Positions 28,413 to 39,675 of a stretch of DNA of 64,000 nt are shown here, in pieces. A program made the translations under genes and the position numbers. The DNA is taken from positions 1 to 64,000 of the forward strand of contig CAXGMD010000001.1 of assembly GCA_964010765.1 (NCBI GenBank), read 5' to 3'. The notes under the pieces are model-generated. The model was given only the letters and a program-made list of their open reading frames with translations. It had not been told where the DNA came from and ran no database searches. Numbering within the stretch: position 1 is the first letter of the stretch; the number at the start of each line of letters is the position of its first letter. The stretch is from an uncultured bacterium. GTDB taxonomy: Bacteria > SAR324 > NAC60-12.

Positions 28413-30632
28413 TCAATCCTGAGAAGAAGGTGATTTCGATGGGAAACCCAAAATGTCAAATTCCATCAGGCGATGAAGGGTGTCGGCTCTGGTTAATCTA
28501 AGTTCTACTCTATCTTCAGCTTCTATTAGCCTTTTTGTTCTACGGCCCTGCAGAACTAAATTAATTTCATCAAAAATGTAGTTGTCATCTTTCAGGGCTT
28601 CAACGGGCAGGAACCAATCAATCCGGTAGGGAAGTAATTCAACTCGGAATCCATTATTTTCTGTGGAGACAATTTGTCCTTCCATAGTCTGGCCAATGAA
28701 TTTTTCCATAAAGTTGACTTTCATTAAATTAATACTCTCTAATTCAGCTTTTTCAGCTCTCCTCTCTTGCTCAGAGAGATACTCAGCCATCAAGATGGAT
28801 GGAATTGAATGTGGAGAAGGCTTTACACCCAGTTTTGCGTGTAGTTCGTGTTTCAAAGCTCTGTGTGTAACGAGATCTGGATATCGCCGGATCGGTGAAG
28901 TAAAGTGGGAGTAATATTTCGCTCCTAATCCAAAATGTCCCTGATTATCAGTCTCATAAGTCGCTAAAGCCATACTTCTTAACAAAATAATCTGTAGTTG
29001 ATTTTTATTTGTCAGATTTTCAATTGACTCTAAAACTTTGTTGAATTGACCCGAATCTGTAAGTGAATTTGGGGAAACTGGAATATTGAAACGCTGGAAG
29101 ACTTTTTTCAATCGTTCTAGTTTCGACAGATCAGGTGAACCATGCACTCTGTACAATGCGGGTAGCCTATTGCCTGTGCAATGTTTTGCTACCGTTTCAT
29201 TAGCTTCAAGCATGAATTGTTCAATCAGTTTCATGGATGATGATTGGAACCTTTTGGAAACACCTACCATCTGGTTTTGATCATCCAATTCAATTTGTTG
29301 CTCGGCGAAATTAAAGTTAATTGCACCTCTCTTGGTTCTCTTTTCCTGAAGAGCCTTTGCAACCTCATTCATTACGATCAGGTTGTCTAAAATTTCTTTG
29401 TTTCTGATCGTTCTAGTTTGGCCTGTGTCTAGAAACTCAGCTACATCTTCATAAATTAAACGAGCTCGACTGCGAATCACGCTTTCGTAAATTCGGTAAC
29501 TCTGTACCCAACCAGTGGAATCGATTAGCATTTCGCAGGTCAATGTAAACCGGTTAACATCAGGCTTTAGACTGCACAGATTATTTGAAAGATTTTCTGG
29601 CAGCATTGGAATCGCATGAGTTGGAAAATAAACACTCGTTCCTCTGAGATATGCTTCTTGATCAATAGCACTACCTGGCCGAACATAGTGAGCAACGTCT
29701 GCGATTGCTACATATACCTGCCAAGAACCATCCCCGTTTGATTTAGCAAAGACAGCATCGTCAAAGTCCCGTGCTGTTTTGCCATCGATAGTGACAAACC
29801 CTAAATCTCTCTGATCCAATCTAGAAGTGGAGGCATCATAAACAACTCGACTCGAGAAAGCTTCAGCTTCTTCCAGGGTTTCAACAGGAAATTCCGATCG
29901 AATCTGATTTTCTGTCAGGATGAGATTAAAGCCTAAATTTTCACGAATTTCCTTGCTGACAGGCTGGAGGACCTTTGCATAAAGTTCATTGTCATCTCCG
30001 TGTTGAGAGAGCAACTCTACTTCAACCAAAGTTCCTGATTCGATGGTTGATTGGTCATCCCCTTTGAGAATTACTAATGGAGGAACCCCATTTCTTTGAT
30101 TAATTGGGATCGCCAGATTAGTTCGCTGCCCACGAACTAATCTTGCCAACATTTTACTGGTTGAACGTTGAAGGATTTTCTGAATGTATCCTCGAGAGCG
30201 ATCATTACCAGGTTTTGTAAAGGCTCGAACCTCAACCAAGTCTCCATCCATAGCCCCATTCTGATCCCCCTGGGGTATGAAAACATCACTCTTTCCTTTG
30301 CCAATATTAACAAATCCAAACCCTTTACTTGTGGCGATGAATCTGCCCTCAACAATGTTTGCTTCTCTGATTGATGGCTTTTTAGGATGCCTAAGCCTTG
30401 GATTTTCAATGGATTTTTTCTTTTTATCCTGATCCCCTGTCTGCAGGTCACTATGAGCAAAAAGGTTCCCCTTTTGCAAAATTAACTTTTTGAACACTAG
30501 TTTCCTGAGAATGGATTTTACCTTTGGGCTTTGATCTTTACTGACCTTCAGTTGCTCTCTGACTGCTCTTGGAGACATCCAAGAGCCTCCTGAACGGAGT
30601 ACATTTAAGATTGAGCTTTTCTTAATTTTCAT
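28413..30632 (-). CDS. rnr: Ribonuclease R
   Basis: KGFGFV, VTIDGKTARDFDDA, RGTSVYFP, IEQFML.AN, HFTSPIRRYPDL and C-terminal S1 domain. Confidence 0.96.
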   Translation of the reverse strand: MKIKKSSILNVLRSGGSWMSPRAVREQLKVSKDQSPKVKSILRKLVFKKLILQKGNLFAHSDLQTGDQDKKKKSIENPRLRHPKKPSIREANIVEGRFIATSKGFGFVNIGKGKSDVFIPQGDQNGAMDGDLVEVRAFTKPGNDRSRGYIQKILQRSTSKMLARLVRGQRTNLAIPINQRNGVPPLVILKGDDQSTIESGTLVEVELLSQHGDDNELYAKVLQPVSKEIRENLGFNLILTENQIRSEFPVETLEEAEAFSSRVVYDASTSRLDQRDLGFVTIDGKTARDFDDAVFAKSNGDGSWQVYVAIADVAHYVRPGSAIDQEAYLRGTSVYFPTHAIPMLPENLSNNLCSLKPDVNRFTLTCEMLIDSTGWVQSYRIYESVIRSRARLIYEDVAEFLDTGQTRTIRNKEILDNLIVMNEVAKALQEKRTKRGAINFNFAEQQIELDDQNQMVGVSKRFQSSSMKLIEQFMLEANETVAKHCTGNRLPALYRVHGSPDLSKLERLKKVFQRFNIPVSPNSLTDSGQFNKVLESIENLTNKNQLQIILLRSMALATYETDNQGHFGLGAKYYSHFTSPIRRYPDLVTHRALKHELHAKLGVKPSPHSIPSILMAEYLSEQERRAEKAELESINLMKVNFMEKFIGQTMEGQIVSTENNGFRVELLPYRIDWFLPVEALKDDNYIFDEINLVLQGRRTKRLIEAEDRVELRLTRADTLHRLMEFDILGFPSKSPSSQD

Positions 30633-30790
30633 GGTTGTCGTACCAAGGAACAATTAAATGTTTGTGAAAAAATTCATAATCTTAAATGTCGATCAAATTC
30701 ATTGTGTCAAGCAAATTCAAATCTACATATAAGCAAGGCCTTGGCCATGTGGTCCTTTGGAAAAACTTGGGGTAAAGGCCAGAAAAAAAC

Positions 30791-31960
30791 ATGATTGCGT
30801 TCTCCTCAGGGATTCAAACCCTCAGTTTTTGGCAGCGGACTGGAAGGTTTCACTTTGACACCATTTTGATTTGCGCAGTCCTGTTTCTTTTAGCTTGGGG
30901 CACCATCATGATTTACAGCACAAGCGCAGTTTACGCAGGATTACGCTACGACAACAGTTACTATTTCCTCCAAAGACATTTGGTTCATATCATTTTGGGA
31001 TTTGGCGTCATTGCATTAGCAACCCTAACTCCCTACCACAGATGGAGAGATTGGCTCCCTCTGATGATGCTAATCATGTTAGCGATGCTGGTGATGGTAT
31101 TGATCCCAGGGATTGGCCATGAAGTCAAAGGCGGCAGAAGATGGCTGCGGATAGCTGGTTTCGGAATCCAGCCAGCAGAATTGATGAAAATTGTTCTGAT
31201 CGTTTACCTTGCTTCATATCTGGAGCGAAAACGACCATTGATCCAATCTTTCAGTCGTGGCATCGGACCATGTCTGCTTGTAAGTGGTTTCTATATGCTT
31301 TTGATTCTGTTACAACCAGATTTTGGCACAGTGGTGTTGCTTTCAACAACAGTGCTGTTGATGCTTTTCGTTGGTGGTTGTCGGACTTGGCACTTGCTTG
31401 CTTGCTTTAGTGTGGTTGCATCATTAGGTGCAGCTCTGGTTATGACACAAGCCTATCGCATGAGAAGGATTCTCGCTTTTCTGGATCCTTGGGAAGATCC
31501 TCTAGATTCAGGTTTTCAAATCATACAGTCATTTATAGCGATTGGGACTGGTGGGTGGTTTGGTCGTGGACTTGGAGAGAGCAGACAAAAGTTATTCTTC
31601 CTTCCTGATGCACATACTGATTTTATTTTTGCAATTTTATCAGAAGAATTAGGCTATTTTTGGGTCTGCGCACTGGTGGCACTCTTTGGGATTTTCATCT
31701 GGAGGGGATTTTGGATCGCTTGGCATGCGCAAGATGAGTTTGGTAAATATCTCGCTCTGGGGTGCACTTCAGTTTTAAGTCTTCAAGTAATTATCAACTT
31801 ATTTGTTGTCTCAGGAATGCTTCCGACAAAAGGTATTCCACTACCGTTCATCAGTGCAGGTGGATCTGCTTTAATAATGGCAATGATCTGCACTGGAATT
31901 CTGCTAAATATCAGTCATCATATACATTCACCAACAAACACATCCTCACCAAACAACTGA
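30791..31960 (+). CDS. ftsW: SEDS peptidoglycan polymerase FtsW
   Basis: GGRRWL...QPAELMK, LQPDFGT, G.G.SRQK.FFLPDAHTDFIFA and LPTKGIPLPF.S.GGS motifs. Confidence 0.93.
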   Translation: MIAFSSGIQTLSFWQRTGRFHFDTILICAVLFLLAWGTIMIYSTSAVYAGLRYDNSYYFLQRHLVHIILGFGVIALATLTPYHRWRDWLPLMMLIMLAMLVMVLIPGIGHEVKGGRRWLRIAGFGIQPAELMKIVLIVYLASYLERKRPLIQSFSRGIGPCLLVSGFYMLLILLQPDFGTVVLLSTTVLLMLFVGGCRTWHLLACFSVVASLGAALVMTQAYRMRRILAFLDPWEDPLDSGFQIIQSFIAIGTGGWFGRGLGESRQKLFFLPDAHTDFIFAILSEELGYFWVCALVALFGIFIWRGFWIAWHAQDEFGKYLALGCTSVLSLQVIINLFVVSGMLPTKGIPLPFISAGGSALIMAMICTGILLNISHHIHSPTNTSSPNN

Positions 31961-31979
31961 ACTCTTCCGAGGGTGATCA

Positions 31980-34748
31980 TTGACTCTCCAAAAACTTCTC
32001 CTCCATCTAATTTTATTTATCTGTTTGTGTGAAAATACCCTCTCAATTCCTCATGCTGAGACAGTAAAATCCAATCAGAATGAAATCCTCTCAAAAATTC
32101 ATATTGATTGGCAAAATTGGTTAGTCGCACTACGACAAAATTCTAATGCTGTAAAGGAGTTGGTCAGCAAAAGTGAGGACTGGAGGGATTTGAGAGGTTC
32201 AGGCCCCTTTGCCGGAATGACAGTGGTTATGTTGACTACAAAGATGGGTAGTATTGAGCAACTTGAAATAATTTTGGCAAGAAAACCTGATCTCTCAACT
32301 CAAGATGAATTAGGCAAGACAGCTCTTCATCATTTACTTGAACGCAAAGGAATCTTCACTGGGCATCTCAAAAAATTGTTGGAGGCTGGTGCGCCAATTA
32401 ATCAAGGTGATGTGATTTCAAATAATCCGCTTCACTTGGCTGCAGCAAAAGAGGGAGTAGAGAGTTTAGAGTTGCTCATTCAATATGGTGCGAACCTAGA
32501 AGCAATGAATCTTTCTGGAAAAACACCTCTGATGGTAGCTGCTACAAATGGTAGAAAAGCGAACGTAGAGTTTTTAATTAGTTCTGGTGCAGATCCACTA
32601 GTGGAATCTGCCTCTGGATATAATGCCTGGATGTTTGCTGCAAGAGGGGGACATGAAAAGATATTAGAACTTTTAATCCAAAATTCTGCTTATCAGATTG
32701 AACATACAGAGAAGATGCATTTAAGAAATGCACTTCACTTGGCCACAATTGAAGGCCATTTGGAAACAATCAAATTCTTAATCTCCTCTGGATTGAACGT
32801 CAATCAGGGGGATAATCTTGAATTGACACCACTTCATCTAGCTGTCAGTTCAAAAAAACCAGAATCAGTAGATCTTCTCCTCAATAATGGAGCGAGCGCT
32901 TATCTCCAAGATAATACAGGTATAACTCCCCTAGAGTTGGCAGTAATGTCAGGGGATCTGCAAATACTTAAACTACTTTTAAAACAGCCTCCAGATGCTC
33001 CGTTGGCAACTTCAGCAAGAGAGAATGCATTAAGAGAAGCTGCATTTCAGGGTAATTTTAACTTAGTTCAAGAACTGGTTCAACAAAACATCGCTCCACA
33101 TACCAAGAACATAAATGGACAAACAGCATGGATTGTGGCTGTTTCTGCGGGGAACAACGAAATTGCCGACTATCTTGCTTCACAGCCTGGACCACAAGCT
33201 CTTAACGTCATTTTTGCAGCAGAATTTGGTTTCAATGAACGTCTTTCAGTTCTTCTCAAAGAAAATGTTGGTGTAAATATTTCAGATGTTCGAGGATTCT
33301 CTCCACTAATGCTTGCAGCAGGCAGAGGTGATGTAGAAATGTTGTCTAGTCTAATCAAATCTGGTGCTGACATTAATCACCAAAGCTTACAAGGCTGGAA
33401 TGTACTCTCTTTGGCAATCTCAAGTGGTTCAATAGAAACAGTAAAAAAGATATTACAAGTAGATTCAAAATTGATTTTTCAAGAAGATAAAGAAGGTTGG
33501 AACGCACTGCATTGGGCTGCATTTCATGGTGATTTAGAGATCATTAATCTCCTCTTACCTTTCACTGATGACGTGGACAAAAAAGATCATCAGCAAAGAA
33601 CTCCACTTCAATTAGCAGCAATAGAGGGTCATCAAAGCATCGTGAGAACACTGATAGAGTGGAAAGCATCAGCGTCTTTAAAAGATCAATCTGGTCGAAC
33701 TGTAATGGAACAAGCAATTCTGTATCGGCAAAAGGATGTTCTAGAAAATCTTTTTATCCTGGGCATCTCGGCCAGTGCGGGTCTCAGGTACGCGTCTTCA
33801 ATTGGTGAAGTAGAATTATTACCTTTATTTCAAAAGTATGGAGCCAATCTAGATGAAGCAGATGAAGATGGGAATACCCCGTTATTGTTGGCTGTTTTAG
33901 GTGAACATCAAGAAACTGTATCTGGGTTACTTGATTTCGGTGCTGATCCAAACCTGACGAATGCAAAAGGACTGACTCCTTTGATTTTGGCCATTAGAAG
34001 CCGTCAGCCTAGTCTTACATCGATTCTGTTGAAGTATCCATTAGATCTTGAAAGGCAAGATCCTTTTGGAAATACATCTTTATTGACTGCTGCTCTCAAT
34101 GGAAATGAAGAGATTGTAGACCAATTAATAATTGCTGGGGCCAAATTAGAGCATTCAAATTACATGGGACAGAATGTTCTCCATCTAGCTGCATTACAAG
34201 GGCAAGTAGGTATAGTCAAAAGATTACTTGATGCGAATTTAAGCCCAATGAAGACAGATCAATTCGGGTTGACTGCTTTTCATAGGGCTGCTGAAAATGG
34301 TCATGCGGGTGTGATTAGAACTTTTTTGGAAACGAAAACAGTCGATCTCAATATTAATGTTCTTGATGCACACGGTGATGGTGGTACACCATGGCTTTTA
34401 GCTGCTAAACGCGGTCACATCAATGTGCTCGAAGTTTTGTTAGAAGCCAGTGCAGATTCTGATGCTGTTGAACTGCTCAACGGAACAACTGCCCTTCAAT
34501 TTGCCTCAGCAGAAGGAAAAGAATCTACAGTTCGATGGTTGTTAGAAAAAAAACTATCAAAAATTGATGAAACAGACTTTTTGGGAAATACTGCCCTGCA
34601 CTACGCATCTCAAAAAGGTCAGGAGTTAGTTATAGACGAATTGATGAGGTGGGGAGCAAATCCGCAGAAAGAAAATTATGAAGGAAAAATACCATCAGAG
34701 ATTGCTCAAAAATTATCAAATGACACTACACTAAACACTCTTAATTAG
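31980..34748 (+). CDS. Exported ankyrin-repeat protein (about 25 repeats)
   Basis: Repeated G.TPLH.AA..G....V..LL..GA units; signal-peptide-like N-terminus. Confidence 0.92.
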   Translation: MTLQKLLLHLILFICLCENTLSIPHAETVKSNQNEILSKIHIDWQNWLVALRQNSNAVKELVSKSEDWRDLRGSGPFAGMTVVMLTTKMGSIEQLEIILARKPDLSTQDELGKTALHHLLERKGIFTGHLKKLLEAGAPINQGDVISNNPLHLAAAKEGVESLELLIQYGANLEAMNLSGKTPLMVAATNGRKANVEFLISSGADPLVESASGYNAWMFAARGGHEKILELLIQNSAYQIEHTEKMHLRNALHLATIEGHLETIKFLISSGLNVNQGDNLELTPLHLAVSSKKPESVDLLLNNGASAYLQDNTGITPLELAVMSGDLQILKLLLKQPPDAPLATSARENALREAAFQGNFNLVQELVQQNIAPHTKNINGQTAWIVAVSAGNNEIADYLASQPGPQALNVIFAAEFGFNERLSVLLKENVGVNISDVRGFSPLMLAAGRGDVEMLSSLIKSGADINHQSLQGWNVLSLAISSGSIETVKKILQVDSKLIFQEDKEGWNALHWAAFHGDLEIINLLLPFTDDVDKKDHQQRTPLQLAAIEGHQSIVRTLIEWKASASLKDQSGRTVMEQAILYRQKDVLENLFILGISASAGLRYASSIGEVELLPLFQKYGANLDEADEDGNTPLLLAVLGEHQETVSGLLDFGADPNLTNAKGLTPLILAIRSRQPSLTSILLKYPLDLERQDPFGNTSLLTAALNGNEEIVDQLIIAGAKLEHSNYMGQNVLHLAALQGQVGIVKRLLDANLSPMKTDQFGLTAFHRAAENGHAGVIRTFLETKTVDLNINVLDAHGDGGTPWLLAAKRGHINVLEVLLEASADSDAVELLNGTTALQFASAEGKESTVRWLLEKKLSKIDETDFLGNTALHYASQKGQELVIDELMRWGANPQKENYEGKIPSEIAQKLSNDTTLNTLN

Positions 34749-34758
34749 ATCCTTACAA

Positions 34759-35424
34759 ATGAAAGAGCATGCCTACGTATTCGATGCTTATGGAACACTA
34801 CTAGACATACATGCTGCTAGTCACAAACATTCAGTCTTGTTGGGAGAAAATGCTTCTCAAGTCTCAGATCTATGGAGAAAAAAGCAATTAGAGTATACTT
34901 GGTTACGAAGTCTGATGGGAGTCCATGTTGATTTTTGGGAGATTACGAAGGATACCTTGTCCTACGCTTTAGAGTATTTTGAAATAGATCAAGAAGGGTG
35001 TTTTGATGAACTTTGCTCAAGTTATCTAGAAATTCCTTGTTACGCTGAAGTCCCTCGGCTGTTGGAAAGTTTGAAAAATCAAGGACACAAGGTTGCGATT
35101 CTTTCAAATGGTTCTCCAAATATGATTCAGAGTGCTGTGAACGCAAACAAGCTTGAAGACTTGTTTGATGCGATTCTATCAGTCGAAGATGTGGGGGTCT
35201 TTAAACCAGCTCGAAAGGTATATAGCTTGGTTGAAGAAAAACTAGGCGTTATTCCTGGAAAAACTAATTTTTTCTCATCAAACGCTTGGGATGTTGCAGG
35301 GGCTAGTGTTTTTGGATTTTCTGTAGTCTGGGTGAATCGATTTAATCAACCTGCAGAAAGACTACCTGGAATGCCTCGGCTGACGGTAAAGAATCTAGAA
35401 GAATGGTGGGAGAAAGAAGGCTGA
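34759..35424 (+). CDS. Haloacid dehalogenase type II (L-2-haloacid dehalogenase-like)
   Basis: FDAYGTLLD, WR.KQLEYTWLRSLMG, ILSNG, FKP and SSNAWDVAGA motifs. Confidence 0.92.
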   Translation: MKEHAYVFDAYGTLLDIHAASHKHSVLLGENASQVSDLWRKKQLEYTWLRSLMGVHVDFWEITKDTLSYALEYFEIDQEGCFDELCSSYLEIPCYAEVPRLLESLKNQGHKVAILSNGSPNMIQSAVNANKLEDLFDAILSVEDVGVFKPARKVYSLVEEKLGVIPGKTNFFSSNAWDVAGASVFGFSVVWVNRFNQPAERLPGMPRLTVKNLEEWWEKEG

Positions 35425-35439
35425 CCTAAAGGTTAAAGC

Positions 35440-36726
35440 TCAGTTCGTCAGTTCAGATAGTTGCTCGAAGTAATCAGGAAAAGTTTTGCCCACACATGAT
35501 GGATCAAGAATGGTGATGGGCACTTCACTGCATGCCGCAAGTGAGAAAGCCATAGCCATTCTGTGATCATCATAGGTTGCGATCTCTGCCGGTAAAAGTT
35601 TCTCAGGTGGTTCAATGATGATGTAATCTTCACCTTCCTCAACTATGGCACCGAGTTTTTTAAGTTCAGAGGACACGGCTTTCAAGCGTTCGGTTTCTTT
35701 GAGACGCCAATTATAAATATTACGAATTGCAGTAGTGCCTTTGGCAAATAATGCTGCAACAGCGAGCGTCATTGCAGCGTCAGGCATCTCGTTCATATCC
35801 ACGTCAATTCCTTTAAGGTTTCCAGAACCTCGGACTGTAATTTGGTTGGCTTCCCACTGAACTTCTGCACCCATCATCTCCATAATCTTAGCAAATTGGG
35901 CGTCACCTTGAAGGCTATCAGTTCCGCATCCGATGACAGTTACGGTTCCACCTGTAATCGCAGCTCCGGCTAGAAAATAGGATGCGGATGAGGCATCTCC
36001 TTCAACAAAATAGGTCTTAGGGCTTTTGTAGCTTTGTGGTGCGTTTATTTGAAAACTCTTAAAGTCTTCAGAAACACCAACATTCACTCCAAATCGATTC
36101 ATCAGCCGGATTGTCATCTCTACATAGGGAATAGAAACAAGATGATCTCTGATTCTAATCTCAACGGGAGTTTGAGCGTATGGTGAGGTTAGAAGAATTG
36201 CTGAAAGGTATTGACTGCTAATCGCCCCACTAAGTTTGGTAACTCCACCTGGAAGCCCATTGGCAATTATTTCAACGGGCGGACAACCTGAGTTATTTAT
36301 AGATCGAACCTGAGCGCCAAGCTGATTCAACCCATCAAGTAAATCTTGGATAGGCCGTTCTCGCATGCGCTCGATGCCATCCAGAACGAATCGGCCATGT
36401 CCCAAAGTGAGGGCAGCTGTTAGTGGTCGGATAGCTGTCCCAGCATTGCCCAAGAATAATTCAGTCTCATCTACAGGGATTCTCCCTCCCTCCCCTTTGA
36501 CGCGAATTTTCTTACTAGGTCTGTCCTCTTCATACAATATTTTGAGTTTTGCCAAGGCATCTATCATTCTCCGCACGTCATCGCTGTCGAGCAAATTCTC
36601 AATGAAGGTTTCACCCTCCGAAAGCATTGCGAGCAGAAGGACTCGGTTGGACAAACTCTTCGAACCGGGGAGTGTGATGCTTCCAGAAATCCTGCGAATT
36701 GGATCAAGTCGAAGTTGCTCAGTCAT
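35440..36726 (-). CDS. aroA: EPSP synthase
   Basis: [40 protein letters not shown] and YDDHRMAM motifs. Confidence 0.97.
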   Translation of the reverse strand: MTEQLRLDPIRRISGSITLPGSKSLSNRVLLLAMLSEGETFIENLLDSDDVRRMIDALAKLKILYEEDRPSKKIRVKGEGGRIPVDETELFLGNAGTAIRPLTAALTLGHGRFVLDGIERMRERPIQDLLDGLNQLGAQVRSINNSGCPPVEIIANGLPGGVTKLSGAISSQYLSAILLTSPYAQTPVEIRIRDHLVSIPYVEMTIRLMNRFGVNVGVSEDFKSFQINAPQSYKSPKTYFVEGDASSASYFLAGAAITGGTVTVIGCGTDSLQGDAQFAKIMEMMGAEVQWEANQITVRGSGNLKGIDVDMNEMPDAAMTLAVAALFAKGTTAIRNIYNWRLKETERLKAVSSELKKLGAIVEEGEDYIIIEPPEKLLPAEIATYDDHRMAMAFSLAACSEVPITILDPSCVGKTFPDYFEQLSELTN

Positions 36727-37646
36727 GCACTCTGTCGAATCTTTTTCTCGATAAAAAACTCTGCTGCTTTGTAGGAACTACGCACCAAAGGACCGGAAGC
36801 AACATACAAAAAGCCTAATTCCTCTCCAATCTTTTTGAAATCCTCAAACTCTTCAGGAGTGACAAATCTTTCAACAGCAAGATGCTTCAGCGTCGGTTGT
36901 AAGTATTGACCTAAAGTCAAGAAGCTCACACCAACCGCTCTCATATCACGCATTGCTTCCACAACCTCTTCCTTGGACTCGCCCAAGCCGAGCATTAAAG
37001 AAGATTTTGTGTACCTATTTTCAGAACTGTTCTCATGAAGATATTTGAGCACTGCAAGTGATTGATCATAGGTAGCTCTAGGATCACGTACCCTTGGTGT
37101 CAATCGACGAACCGTTTCAAGATTATGAGCCAATACCGCAGCTTGAGAATCAATAACTTGCTGAACCAAGTTGAGTTCACCACGGAAATCAGGCATCAGG
37201 ATTTCTATCAATAAATTGGGATTTGCTCTTTGCGTTGATCGGATACAGCGGGCAATGTGGCCAGCGCCCTGATCTTCCAAATCATCTCGATCTACAGTTG
37301 TTAAAACAACATATCCTAGCTTCATCTGACGGATGGTATCAGCCAATTTCAAGGGTTCTTCAATGTCCAGTGGGCCAGGTTTTTTTTCAGTTTTTACCGA
37401 GCAAAACCGGCAGCCTCTAGTACAGGTATCACCCATGACCATGAAGGTCGCAGTTCCACTATTCCAGCATTCCCCGATGTTTGGGCAACGAGCTTCTTCG
37501 CATACTGTACTGAGGGCTAGTTTTCTTGCCTGACTTTCAATCCAATGAAACCTCTCACCAGATGGGAACCTAACTTTCAGCCAGGAAGGTTTGGGAAGCC
37601 GATCGTGCCGTTTCCGAAAATTCTGTTTCTCTAATATAGCTGTCAT
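36723..37646 (-). CDS. lipA: Lipoyl synthase
   Basis: [20 protein letters not shown] and VRSSY motifs. Confidence 0.97.
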   Translation of the reverse strand: MTAILEKQNFRKRHDRLPKPSWLKVRFPSGERFHWIESQARKLALSTVCEEARCPNIGECWNSGTATFMVMGDTCTRGCRFCSVKTEKKPGPLDIEEPLKLADTIRQMKLGYVVLTTVDRDDLEDQGAGHIARCIRSTQRANPNLLIEILMPDFRGELNLVQQVIDSQAAVLAHNLETVRRLTPRVRDPRATYDQSLAVLKYLHENSSENRYTKSSLMLGLGESKEEVVEAMRDMRAVGVSFLTLGQYLQPTLKHLAVERFVTPEEFEDFKKIGEELGFLYVASGPLVRSSYKAAEFFIEKKIRQSA

Positions 37647-37678
37647 GTTCTTAGACGGAAGTTGATGTGAATAGGAAA

Positions 37679-39385
37679 TTAATCTTCAACTTTCAGGGCT
37701 GCTTCTTCAGCACGAGCTTCCCCCAGGAATTCCTGCTGCATTGTCCCAAATTCGTCAAGATGATCTGCATGTGGTGAATAGTAAATATTCAAGTTGCCCC
37801 GGTCAGTATCTTCCCAGAAAGTAGGTCCAGAGAATCGCAACCTAGCGAAGATGATTTTCATATTTCTCAAAAAGACTTCCTCACCAAGTAGATTTCTATC
37901 CTGAAGGGTGTCTTTGGCAATGACTCGCGCTCGAGTCCTATCCCCTTTGGCCATGTAGTGCAAAGCAAGACCAATGTGTAGAAGCCGTATTCCGTGCGAA
38001 TTGGTGAAGAATGAAACCAATTGATCTCTCTCGGAACCAGTTGGGTTGTCTAGCAGGAGAAAGGATTTTAATAATGTGTCATGTACCTCTGAATCCCAAT
38101 TGAGTTCATCAATGCGGATCATAATTTTCTGCATTTCTGTCGCAATCACATCCAAGATGAATCCAACTGCTGGGGATTGGCGAACTGCCTTAAAACATTC
38201 TGCATTGTAAAAAGTTAGATAGAAAAAACAGGTCTTCACCCGATCAACCATGCCAGCTTCTACCAGGGCATTAGTAAACAACCCATAGTGAAAAATTAAG
38301 TTATACAGGTTCCTTGGTTCGTTGTTGTACATCCCATGTTTTAGGGCAAAACGTAGATGTGTGTTCAATCGAACCATGATCATCGTGATCAGATCATCAT
38401 CTTTCAACTCAATGCCTTTGCGACCCAACATACCTACTTGTTCAACACATAATGTTGACAGGTCAAAATCTCCTTTTTCAAGAAAAGTAATGTAGACATT
38501 TCCAATCAAGCGAAGACTTTTTTGCTCGAAAAACAATTTTGTTTCCTCAATTGTTTTCATCTCGTCTTGCATCGTTTTAAAGGAGATATCCTCCCTGATT
38601 GATGGCTGAACCTTGAAGAAGGAATTTGGTAGCTGGTGTTTAAATTCGACATAAAATCTAAGTAATTCGCCCAATCCTTCAATAATCAATGCCTTCGGCT
38701 CTTTGTATGGAGTGAAGGTCAGTAAATCGATAAGCTGGTTCTGTGCTTCAAATAATTGTAATTGCTCTTTGGGGTAGGCTTCTTTCGTTTTTTTACGTGT
38801 TTCCTGTTGTGCTAAATTTCGAAAAATAGATTTGCTTCCCCCAAGTACCTGTTTGATTACATTATGGGTCTTGGTAGATAGCAAAACCGCGAGGACAAAA
38901 GGAAAATTTGTGAATAAAAAAACAGGGAAGAGGACGTGATAGTTGAAAACTAGACTTGGTGAAACATCATAGCCTATTTCTGGGAGGAGTTTTAAAGTGT
39001 AGCAATGGGCTGCACAGGCCATAGTCCACCAGACATATGACATGGTCGGCACATTTTCCATGTAAAGATCAATTAACTTAGGGGCACTTTGTGCGGCTAA
39101 GCTGACCACTACAGTGATACTGGCTAGGATAGATCCAAGATAAACTGTCCAAACGATTGGTGAATATCCCGCATCAATGTTAAGCCAACTTAATTGATCA
39201 GGGGAAGGTAAAACGTTCTCGTAAACTGGAAAAATGAATGTAACGAATAGACGATCAAGCACGATCACTAGCAGCATGCAAATGATCGCAATCCGCAAAG
39301 ATAAGTTACTCGTTAGAAGCTTTATGATCGGCTGGAAGAAATCGCTTCCTACCGCGGCATCTGCGCGGATAGCTTGTGACTGCAT
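37679..39385 (-). CDS. Membrane protein, DUF2254-like
   Basis: Four N-terminal TM segments including ITVVVSLAAQ..PKLIDLY, followed by a large helical domain. Confidence 0.6.
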   Translation of the reverse strand: MQSQAIRADAAVGSDFFQPIIKLLTSNLSLRIAIICMLLVIVLDRLFVTFIFPVYENVLPSPDQLSWLNIDAGYSPIVWTVYLGSILASITVVVSLAAQSAPKLIDLYMENVPTMSYVWWTMACAAHCYTLKLLPEIGYDVSPSLVFNYHVLFPVFLFTNFPFVLAVLLSTKTHNVIKQVLGGSKSIFRNLAQQETRKKTKEAYPKEQLQLFEAQNQLIDLLTFTPYKEPKALIIEGLGELLRFYVEFKHQLPNSFFKVQPSIREDISFKTMQDEMKTIEETKLFFEQKSLRLIGNVYITFLEKGDFDLSTLCVEQVGMLGRKGIELKDDDLITMIMVRLNTHLRFALKHGMYNNEPRNLYNLIFHYGLFTNALVEAGMVDRVKTCFFYLTFYNAECFKAVRQSPAVGFILDVIATEMQKIMIRIDELNWDSEVHDTLLKSFLLLDNPTGSERDQLVSFFTNSHGIRLLHIGLALHYMAKGDRTRARVIAKDTLQDRNLLGEEVFLRNMKIIFARLRFSGPTFWEDTDRGNLNIYYSPHADHLDEFGTMQQEFLGEARAEEAALKVED

Positions 39386-39422
39386 GATTTTCGAGGCTTA
39401 ACCTGTTTTCCTTGTAATCATC

Positions 39423-39644
39423 TTAGTCTTCATCTTCGGAAATTGGTCTTTGATAACGGATCCTGCCCTCATTCGTCTCTAAAATAGCTTGGAATGTAGG
39501 TTTGTGCTCTAGTTCCAACTTTTCTTCCTCATCCATTTCGTAAATGGTCTTCGCTCGCTTAGCGGTGACAAGGACTTTCTCAAAAAGATTGACTCCATCT
39601 TGTTTATTATGTTCTTCCATAAATTTAAGATAGTCCGAATTCAT
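39423..39644 (-). CDS. rpoZ: RNA polymerase omega subunit
   Basis: NLFEKVLVTAKRAK.I and KPT..AILE..EG.I motifs. Confidence 0.8.
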   Translation of the reverse strand: MNSDYLKFMEEHNKQDGVNLFEKVLVTAKRAKTIYEMDEEEKLELEHKPTFQAILETNEGRIRYQRPISEDED

Positions 39645-39675
39645 TTAAATCTCCGAAAAAATGTTTGGTAATGAA

